Of a DNA stretch of 64,000 bases, positions 53,101-64,000 are shown one piece after another. The position numbers were made by a program, and so were the translations under genes. Positions within the stretch are counted from its first letter, which is position 1, and the number at the start of each line of letters is the position of its first letter. The notes beneath the pieces were generated by a model, which saw nothing but the letters and a program-made list of their open reading frames with translations, was not told where the DNA came from and made no database searches. Origin of the DNA: Eledone cirrhosa (Eukaryota); assembly GCA_964016885.1 (NCBI GenBank), contig OZ024757.1:124001-188000 (forward strand), read 5' to 3'.

Positions 53101-56100
53101 ATTGGGGTGAAGACAATAGCTACTAGGGTGATATGGTGACATTGGGGTGAAGACAATAGCTACTAGGGTGAGATGGTGAAATTGGGGTGAAGACAATAGC
53201 TACTAGGGTGAGATAGTGATATTGGGGTGAAGACAATAGCTACAAGGGTGAGATAGTGATATTGGGGTGAAAACAATAGCTACGAGGGTGCGATAGTGAC
53301 ATTGGGGTGAAGACAATAGCTACTAGGGTGAGATAGTGACATTGGGGTGAAGACAAATGCTACAATGGTGCGATAGTGACATTGGGGTGAAAACAATAGC
53401 TACTAGGGTGAGATAGTGACATTGGGATGAAGACAGTAGCTACTAGGGTGAGATAGTGACATTGGAGTGGAGACAGAAGCTACTAAGGTGAGATAGTGAT
53501 ATTGGGGTGAAGACAATAGCTACTAGGGTGAGATAGTGACATTGGGGTGAAGACAGAAGCTACTAAGGTGAGATAGTGACATTGGGGTGAAGACAATAGC
53601 TACTAGGGTGAGATAGTGACATTGGGGTGAAGACAGAAGCTACTAAGGTGAGATAGTGATATTGGGTTGAAGACAATAGCTACTAGGGTGCGATAGTGAC
53701 GTTGGGGTGAAGACAATAGCTACTAGGTTGAGATAGTGACATTGGGGTGAAGACAGTAGCTACTAGGGTGAGGTAGTGACATTGGGGTGGAGACAATAGC
53801 TACTAGGGTGAGATAGTGACATTGGGGTGAAGACAATAGCTACTAGGGTGAGATAGTGACATTGGGGTGAAGACAATAGCTACTAGGGTGAGGTAGTGAC
53901 ATTGGGGTGGAGACAATAGCTACTAGGGTGAGATAGTGACATTGGGGTGAAGACAATAGCTACTAGGGTAAGATAGTTACATATGGGTGAAGACAATAGC
54001 TACTAGGGTAAGATAGTTACATATGGGTGAAGACAGTAGCTACTAGGGTGAGATAGGGACATTGGGGTGGAGAGAGTAGCAAATAGGGTGAGATAGTGAC
54101 ATTGGGGTGAAGACAGTAGCTACTAGGGTGAGATAGGGACATTAGGGTGAAGACAGAAGCTAGTAAGGTGAGATAGTGACATTGGGGTGAAGACAATAGC
54201 TACTAGGGTGAGATAGTGACATTGGGGTGAAGACAATAGCTACTAGGGTGAGATAGTGACATTGGGGTGAAGACAGTAGCTACTAGGGTGAGATAGTGAC
54301 ATTGGGGTGAAGACAATAGCTACTAGGGTGAGGTAGTGACATTGGGGTGGAGACAATAGCTACTAGAGTGAGATAGTGACATTGGAGTGGAGACAGAAGC
54401 TACTAAGGTGAGATAGTGACATTGGGGTGAAGACAATAGCTACTAGGGTGAGATGGTTACATTGGGGTGAAGACAATAGCTACTAGGGTGAGATGGTGAC
54501 ATTGGGGTGAAGAGAATAGCTACTAGGGTGAGATGGTGACATTGGAGTGGAAACAGAAGCTACTAAGCTGAGATAGTGACATTGGGGTGAAGACAATAGC
54601 TACTAGGGTGATATGGTGACATTGGCGTGAAGACAATAGCTACTAGGGTGAGATGGAGACATTGGGGTGAAGACAATAGCTACTAGGGTGAGATAGTGAT
54701 ATTGGGGTGAAGACAATAGCTACAAGGGTGAGATAGTGACATTGGGGTGAAAACAATAGCTACGAGGGTGCGATAGTGACATTGGGGTGAAGACAATAGC
54801 TACTAGGGTGAGATAGAGACAGTAGCTACTAGGGTGAGATAGTTACATTGTAGTCGAGACAGAAGCTACTAAGGTGAGATAGTGACATTGGGGTGAAAAC
54901 AATAGCTACTAGGGTGAGATAGTGACATTGGGTTGACGACAATAGCTACTAGGGTGAGATAGTGACATTGGGGTGAAGACAAATGCTACTAGGGTGAGAT
55001 AGTGACATTGGGATGAAGACAGTAGCTACTAGGTTGAGATAGTGACATTGGAGTGGAGACAGAAGCTACTAAGGTGAGATAGTGATATTGGGGTGAAGAC
55101 AATAGCTACTAGGGTGAGATAGTGACATTGGGGTGAAGACAGTAGCTACTAGGGTGAGATAGTGACATAGTAGTGGAGACAGAAGCTACTAAGGTGAGAC
55201 AGTGATATTGGGGTGAAGACAATAGCTACTAGGGTGAGATAGTGACATTGGGGTGAATACAGAAGCTACTAAGGTGAGATAGTGACATTGGGGTGAAGAC
55301 AATAGCTACTAGTGTGAGATAGTGACATTGGGGTGAAGACAATAGCTACTAGGGTGAGATAGTGACATTGGGGTGAAGACAGTAGCTACTAGGTTGAGAT
55401 AGTGACATTGGGGTGAAGACAATAGCTACTAGGGTGAGGTAGTGACATTGGGGTGGAGACAATAGCTACTAGGGTGAGATAGTGACATTGGAGTGGAGAC
55501 AATAGCTACTAGGGTGAGATAGTGACATTGGGGTGAAGACAGAAGCTACTAAGGTGAGATAGTGATATTGGGTTGAAGACAATAGCTACTAGGGTGCGAT
55601 AGTGACGTTGGGGTGAAGACAATAGCTACTAGGTTGAGATAGTGACATTGGGGTGAAGACAGTAGCTACTAGGGTGAGGTAGTGACATTGGGGTGGAGAC
55701 AATAGCTACTAGGGTGAGATAGTGACATTGGGGTGAAGACAATAGCTACTAGGGTGAGATAGTGACATTGGGGTGAAGACAATAGCTACTAGGGTGAGGT
55801 AGTGACATTGGGGTGGAGACAATAGCTACTAGGGTGAGATAGTGACATTGGGGTGAAGACAATAGCTACTAGGGTAAGATAGTTACATATGGGTGAAGAC
55901 AATAGCTACTAGGGTAAGATAGTTACATATGGGTGAAGACAGTAGCTACTAGGGTGAGATAGGGACATTGGGGTGGAGAGAGTAGCAAATAGGGTGAGAT
56001 AGTGACATTGGGGTGAAGACAGTAGCTACTAGGGTGAGATAGGGACATTAGGGTGAAGACAGAAGCTAGTAAGGTGAGATAGTGACATTGGGGTGAAGAC

Positions 56101-59100
56101 AATAGCTACTAGGGTGAGATAGTGACATTGGGGTGAAGACAATAGCTACTAGGGTGAGATAGTGACATTGGGGTGAAGACAGTAGCTACTAGGGTGAGAT
56201 AGTGACATTGGGGTGAAGACAATAGCTACTAGGGTGAGGTAGTGACATTGGGGTGGAGACAATAGCTACTAGAGTGAGATAGTGACATTGGAGTGGAGAC
56301 AGAAGCTACTAAGGTGAGATAGTGACATTGGGGTGAAGACAATAGCTACTAGGGTGAGATGGTTACATTGGGGTGAAGACAATAGCTACTAGGGTGAGAT
56401 GGTGACATTGGGGTGAAGAGAATAGCTACTAGGGTGAGATGGTGACATTGGAGTGGAAACAGAAGCTACTAAGCTGAGATAGTGACATTGGGGTGAAGAC
56501 AATAGCTACTAGGGTGATATGGTGACATTGGCGTGAAGACAATAGCTACTAGGGTGAGATGGAGACATTGGGGTGAAGACAATAGCTACTAGGGTGAGAT
56601 AGTGATATTGGGGTGAAGACAATAGCTACAAGGGTGAGATAGTGACATTGGGGTGAAAACAATAGCTACGAGGGTGCGATAGTGACATTGGGGTGAAGAC
56701 AATAGCTACTAGGGTGAGATAGAGACAGTAGCTACTAGGGTGAGATAGTTACATTGTAGTCGAGACAGAAGCTACTAAGGTGAGATAGTGACATTGGGGT
56801 GAAAACAATAGCTACTAGGGTGAGATAGTGACATTGGGTTGACGACAATAGCTACTAGGGTGAGATAGTGACATTGGGGTGAAGACAAATGCTACTAGGG
56901 TGAGATAGTGACATTGGGATGAAGACAGTAGCTACTAGGTTGAGATAGTGACATTGGAGTGGAGACAGAAGCTACTAAGGTGAGATAGTGATATTGGGGT
57001 GAAGACAATAGCTACTAGGGTGAGATAGTGACATTGGGGTGAAGACAGTAGCTACTAGGGTGAGATAGTGACATAGTAGTGGAGACAGAAGCTACTAAGG
57101 TGAGACAGTGATATTGGGGTGAAGACAATAGCTACTAGGGTGAGATAGTGACATTGGGGTGAATACAGAAGCTACTAAGGTGAGATAGTGACATTGGGGT
57201 GAAGACAATAGCTACTAGTGTGAGATAGTGACATTGGGGTGAAGACAATAGCTACTAGGGTGAGATAGTGACATTGGGGTGAAGACAGTAGCTACTAGGT
57301 TGAGATAGTGACATTGGGGTGAAGACAATAGCTACTAGGGTGAGGTAGTGACATTGGGGTGGAGACAATAGCTACTAGGGTGAGATAGTGACATTGGGGT
57401 GAAGACAATAGCTACTAGGGTGAGATAGTGACATTGGGGTGGAAACAATAGCTACTAGGGTGAGGTAGTGATATTGGGGTGAATACAATAGCTACAAGGG
57501 TGACATAGTGACATTGGGGTGAAGTCAATAGCTACTAGGGTGAGATAAAGACATTGGGGTGAAGACAATAACTACTAGGGTGAGATAGTGACATTGGAAT
57601 GGAGACAGAAGCTACTAAGGTGAGATAGTGACATTGGGGTGAAGACAATAACTACTAGGGTGAGATGGTGACATTGGGGTGAAGACAATAGCTACTAGGG
57701 TGAGATGGTGACATTGGGGTGAAGACAATAGCTACTAGGGTGAGATGGTGACATTGGGGTGAAGACAATAGCTACTAGGGTGAGATAGTGATATTGGGGT
57801 GAAGACAATAGCTACAAGGGTGAGATAGTGACATTGGGGTGAAGTCAATTGCTACTAGGGTGAGATAGAGACATTGGGGTGAAGGCAATAGCTACTAGGG
57901 TGAGATAGTGACATTGGGTGAAGACAATAGCTACTAGGGTGAGGTAGTGACATTGGGGTGGAGACAATAGCTACTAGGGTGAGATAGTGACATTGGGCTG
58001 AAGACAATAGCTACTAGGGTGAGATAGTGACATTGGGGTGAAAACAATAGCTACTAGGTTGAGGTAGTGACATTGGGGTGGAGACAATAGCTACTAGGGT
58101 GAGATAGTGACATTGGGGTGAAGACAATAGCTACTAGGGTAAGATAGTTACATATGGGTGAAGACAGTAGCTACTAGGGTGAGATAGGGACATTGGGGTG
58201 GAGAGAGTAGCTACTAGGGTGAGATAGTGACATTGGGGTGAAGACAGTAGCTACTAGGGTGAGATAGGGACATTAGGGTGAAGACAGAAGCTACTAAGGT
58301 GAGATAGTGACATTGGGGTGAAGCCAATAGCTACTAGGGTGAGATAGTGACATTGGGGTGAAGCCAATAGCTACTAGGGTGAGATAGTGACATTGGGGTG
58401 AAGACAGTAGCTACTAGGTTGAGATAGTGACATTGGGGTGAAGACAATAGCTACTAGGGTGAGATGGTGACATTGGGGTGAAGACAATAGCTACTAGGGT
58501 GAGATGGTGACATTGGGGTGAAGACAATAGCTACTAGGGTGAGATGGTGACATTGGAGTGGAAACAGAAGCTACTAAGGTGAGATAGTGACATTGGGGTG
58601 AAGCCAATAGCTACTAGGGTGAGATAGTGACATTGGGGTGAAGCCAATAGCTACTAGGGTGAGATAGTGACATTGGGGTGAAGACAGTAGCTACTAGGGT
58701 GAGATAGTGACATTGGGTGAAGACAGTAGCTACTAGGGTGAGATAGTGACATTGGGGTGAAGCCAATAGCTACTAGGGTGAGATAGTGACATTGGGGTGA
58801 AGACAATAGCTACTAGGGTGAGATGGTGACATTGGGGTGAAGACAATAGCTACTAGGGTGAGATAGTGATATTGGGGTGAATACAATAGCTACAAGGGTG
58901 AGATAGTGACATTGGGGTGAAAACAATAGCTACGAGGGTGCGATAGTGACATTGGGGTGAAGACAATAGATACTAGGGTGACATAGAGACAGTAGCTACT
59001 AGGGTGAGATAGTGACATTGGGGTGAAGACAATAGCTACTAGGGTGAGCTAGTGACATTGGGGTGAAGACAGAAGCTACTAAGGTGAGATAGTGACATTG

Positions 59101-62100
59101 GGGTGAAAACAATAACTACTAGGGTGAGATAGTGACATTGGGTTGACGACAATAGATACTAGGGTGAGATAGTGACATTGGGGTGAAGACAAATGCTACA
59201 ATGGTGGGATAGTGACATTGGGGTGAAAACAATAGCTACTAGGGTGAGATAGTGACATTGGGATGAAGACAGTAGCTACTAGGGTGAGATAGTGACATTG
59301 GAGTGGAGACAGAAGCTACTAAGGTGAGATAGTGATATTGGGGTGAAGACAATAGCTACTAGGGTGAGATAGTGACATTGGGGTGAAGACAGAAGCTACT
59401 AAGGTGAGATAGTGACATTGGGGTGAAGACAATAGCTACTAGGGTGAGGTAGAGACATTGGGGTGGAGACAATAGCTACTAGGGTGAGGTAGTGACATTG
59501 GGGTGGAGACAATAGCTACTAGGGTGAGATAGTGACATTGGGGTGGAGACAATAGCTACTAGGGTGAGATAGTGACATTGGGGTGAAGACGGAAGCTACT
59601 AAGGTGAGATAGTGATATTGGGGTGAAGACAATAGCTACTAGGTTGTGATAGTGACGTTGGGGTGAAGACAATAGCTACTAGGGTGAGATAGTGACATTG
59701 GGGTGAAGACAGTAGCTACTAGGGTGAGATAGTGACATTGGGGTGAAGACAATAGCTACTAGGGTGAGGTAGAGACATTGGGGTGGAGACAATAGCTACT
59801 AGGGTGAGGTAGTGACATTGGGGTGGAGACAATAGCTACTAGGGTGAGATAGTGACATTGGGGTGAAGACAATAGCTACTAGGGTAAGATAGTTACATAT
59901 GGGTGAAGACAATAGCTACTAGGGTAAGATAGTTACATATGGGTGAAGACAGTAGCTACTAGGGTGAGATAGGGACATTGGGGTGGAGAGAGTAGCAACT
60001 AGGTTGAGATAGTGACTTTGGGGTGAAGACAGTGGCTACTAGGGTGAGATAGGGACATTAGGGTGGAGACAGAAGCTACTAAGGTGAGATAGTGACATTG
60101 GGGTGAAGACAATAGCTACTAGGGTGAGATAGTGACATTGGGGTGAAGACAATAGCTACTAGGGTGAGATAGTGACATTGGAGTGGAGACAGAAGCTACT
60201 AAGGTGAGATAGTGACATTGGGGTGAAGACAATAGCTACTAGGGTGAGATGGTGACATTGGGGTGAAGACAATAGCTACTAGGGTGAGATAGAGACAGTA
60301 GCTACTAGGGTGAGATAGTGACATAGTAGTGGAGACAGAAGCTACTAAGGTGAGATAGTGACATTGGGGTGAAAACAATAGCTACTAGAGTGAGATAGTG
60401 ACATTGGGTTGACGACAATAGCTACTAGGGTGAGATAGTGACATTGGGGTGAAGACAAATGCTACAATGGTGCGATAGTGACATTGGGGTGAAAACGATA
60501 GCTACTAGGGTGAGATAGTGACATTGGGATGAAGACAGTAGCTACTAGGGTGAGATAGTGACATTGGAGTAGAGACAGAAGCTACTAAGGTGAGATAGTG
60601 ATATTGGGGTGAAGACAATAGCTACTAGGGTGAGATAGTGACATTGGGGTGAAGACAGAAGCTACTAAGGTGAGATAGTGACATTGGGGTGAAGACAATA
60701 GCTACTAGGGTGAGATAGTGACATTGGGGTGAAGACAATAGCTACTAGGGTGAGATAGTGACATTGGGGTGAAGACAGTAGCTACTAGGGTGAGATAGTG
60801 ACATTGGGGTGAAGACAATAGCTACTAGGGTGAGGTAGTGACATTGGGGTGGAGACAATAGCTACTAGGTTGAGATAGTGACATTGGGGTGAAGACAATA
60901 GCTACTAGGGTGAGATAGTGACATTGGGGTGAAAACAATAGCTACTAGGGTGAGGTAGTGACATTGGGGTGGAGACAATAGCTACTAGGGTGAGATAGTG
61001 ACATTGGGGTGAAGACAATAGCTACTAGGGTAAGATAGTTACATATGGGTGAAGACAATAGCTACTAGGGTAAGATAGTTACATATGGGTGAAGACAGTA
61101 GCTACTAGGGTGAGATAGGGACGTTGGGGTGGAGAGAGTAGCAACTAGGGTGAGATAGTGACATTGGGGTGAAGACAGTAGCTACTAGGGTGAGATAGGG
61201 ACGTTAGGGTGAAGACAGAAGCTACTAAGGTGAGATAGTGACATTGGGGTGAAGACAATAGCTACTAGGGTGAGATAGTGACATTGGGGTGAAAACAATA
61301 GCTACTAGGGTGAGATAGTGACATTGGGGTGAAGACAGTAGCTACTAGGGTGAGATAGTGACATTGGGGTGAAGACAATAGCTACTAGGGTGAGGTAGTG
61401 ACATTGGGGTGGAGACAATAGCTACGAGGGGGAGATAGTGACATTGGGGTGAAGACAATAGCTACTAGGGTGAGGTAGTGACATTGGGGTGGAGACAATA
61501 GCTACTAGGGTGAGATAGTGACATTGGGGTGAAGACAATAGCTACTAGAGTGAGATAGTGACATTGGGGTGAAGACAATAGCTACTAGGTTGAGGTAGTG
61601 ACATTGGGGTGGAGACAATAGCTACTAGGGAGAGATAGTGACATTGGGGTGAAGACAATAGCTACTAGGGTAAGATAGTTACATATGGGTGAAGACAATA
61701 GCTACTAGGGTGAGATAGAGACAGTAGCTACTAGGGTGAGATAGTTACATTGTAGTCGAGACAGAAGCTACTAAGGTGAGATAGTGACATTGGGGTGAAA
61801 ACAATAGCTACTAGGGTGAGATAGTGACATTGGGTTGACGACAATAGCTACTAGGGTGAGATAGTGACATTGGGGTGAAGACAAATGCTACTAGGGTGAG
61901 ATAGTGACATTGGGATGAAGACAGTAGCTACTAGGTTGAGATAGTGACATTGGAGTGGAGACAGAAGCTACTAAGGTGAGATAGTGATATTGGGGTGAAG
62001 ACAATAGCTACTAGGGTGAGATAGTGACATTGGGGTGAAGACAGTAGCTACTAGGGTGAGATAGTGACATAGTAGTGGAGACAGAAGCTACTAAGGTGAG

Positions 62101-64000
62101 ACAGTGATATTGGGGTGAAGACAATAGCTACTAGGGTGAGATAGTGACATTGGGGTGAATACAGAAGCTACTAAGGTGAGATAGTGACACTGGGGTGAAG
62201 ACAATAGCTACTAGTGTGAGATAGTGACATTGGGGTGAAGACAATAGCTACTAGGGTGAGATAGTGACATTGGGGTGAAGACAGTAGCTACTAGGTTGAG
62301 ATAGTGACATTGGGGTGAAGACAATAGCTACTAGGGTGAGGTAGTGACATTGGGGTGGAGACAATAGCTACTAGGGTGAGATAGTGACATTGGGGTGAAG
62401 ACAATAGCTACTAGGGTGAGATAGTGACATTGGGGTGGAAACAATAGCTACTAGGGTGAGGTAGTGATATTGGGGTGAATACAATAGCTACAAGGGTGAC
62501 ATAGTGACATTGGGGTGAAGTCAATAGCTACTAGGGTGAGATAAAGACATTGGGGTGAAGACAATAACTACTAGGGTGAGATAGTGACATTGGAATGGAG
62601 ACAGAAGCTACTAAGGTGAGATAGTGACATTGGGGTGAAGACAATAACTACTAGGGTGAGATGGTGACATTGGGGTGAAGACAATAGCTACTAGGGTGAG
62701 ATGGTGACATTGGGGTGAAGACAATAGCTACTAGGGTGAGATGGTGACATTGGGGTGAAGACAATAGCTACTAGGGTGAGATAGTGATATTGGGGTGAAG
62801 ACAATAGCTACAAGGGTGAGATAGTGACATTGGGGTGAAGTCAATTGCTACTAGGGTGAGATAGAGACATTGGGGTGAAGACAATAGCTACTAGGGTGAG
62901 ATAGTGACATTGGGTGAAGACAATAGCTACTAGGGTGAGGTAGTGACATTGGGGTGGAGACAATAGCTACTAGGGTGAGATAGTGACATTGGGCTGAAGA
63001 CAATAGCTACTAGGGTGAGATAGTGACATTGGGGTGAAAACAATAGCTACTAGGTTGAGGTAGTGACATTGGGGTGGAGACAATAGCTACTAGGGTGAGA
63101 TAGTGACATTGGGGTGAAGACAATAGCTACTAGGGTGAGATAGTGACATTGGGGTGAAGCCAATAGCTACTAGGGTGAGATAGTGACATTGGGGTGAAGA
63201 CAGTAGCTACTAGGTTGAGATAGTGACATTGGGGTGAAGACAATAGCTACTAGGGTGAGATGGTGACATTGGGGTGAAGACAATAGCTACTAGGGTGAGA
63301 TGGTGACATTGGGGTGAAGACAATAGCTACTAGGGTGAGATGGTGACATTGGAGTGGAAACAGAAGCTACTAAGGTGAGATAGTGACATTGGGGTGAAGA
63401 CAATAGCTACTAGGGTGATATGGTGACATTGGGGTGAAGACAATAGCTACTAGGGTGAGATGGTGACATTGGGGTGAAGACAATAGCTACTAGGGTGAGA
63501 TAGTGATATTGGGGTGAATACAATAGCTACAAGGGTGAGATAGTGACATTGGGGTGAAAACAATAGCTACGAGGGTGCGATAGTGACATTGGGGTGAAGA
63601 CAATAGCTACTAGGGTGACATAGAGACAGTAGCTACTAGGGTGAGATAGTGACATAGTAGTGGAGACAGAAGCTACTAAGGTGAGATAGTGACATTGGGG
63701 TGAAGACAATAGTTACTAGGGTGAGCTAGTGACATTGGGGTGAAGACAGAAGCTACTAAGGTGAGATAGTGACATTGGGGTGAAAACAATAACTACTAGG
63801 GTGAGATAGTGACATTGGGTTGACGACAATAGATACTAGGGTGAGATAGTGACATTGGGGTGAAGACAAATGCTACAATGGTGGGATAGTGACATTGGGG
63901 TGAAAACAATAGCTACTAGGGTGAGATAGTGACATTGGGATGAAGACAGTAGCTACTAGGGTGAGATAGTGACATTGGAGTGGAGACAGAAGCTACTAAG
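47190..64000. repeat. 40-bp satellite array 3, >16.8 kb (~420 monomers), running off the window
   Basis: Same monomer and same entry junction as array 2, with internal block duplications. Confidence 0.97.

Noticed and set aside
47190-64000. Telomeric array
   Set aside because: TTAGGG occurs only as an occasional variant inside the 40-mer, never in tandem.

Overview
This is AT-rich animal genomic DNA, probably from an octopus or other coleoid cephalopod. That call is an inference from the effector-less [11 protein letters not shown]-type C2H2 arrays, the tRNA-derived SINEs and the RTE LINE types. The window is a head-to-tail tandem array of a ~23-24 kb cassette: unit 1 is <1..24040, unit 2 is 24041..47189, and a third 40-bp satellite array runs from 47190 past the window end (>16.8 kb). 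Each cassette has the same order: 40-bp satellite; decayed minus-strand RTE LINE; minus-strand poly-C2H2 zinc-finger gene (18 vs 22 finger repeats plus decayed fingers downstream of the stop); TA-rich minisatellite with SINE and direct-repeat element; dead plus-strand RTE LINE; 44-bp satellite; Dong/R4-like endonuclease fragment; putative 5' exons and promoter; an inverted-repeat element with a type I hammerhead ribozyme motif; one CTCF-like motif; a perfect 49-bp palindrome; a SINE dimer. The two paralogues have identical N-termini but reshuffled finger arrays. Unit 2 also carries a young non-coding LTR element with an extended tRNA-Trp primer-binding site and an anomalous 78-bp flanking duplication. 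All alignments and counts were made by eye; no searches were run.
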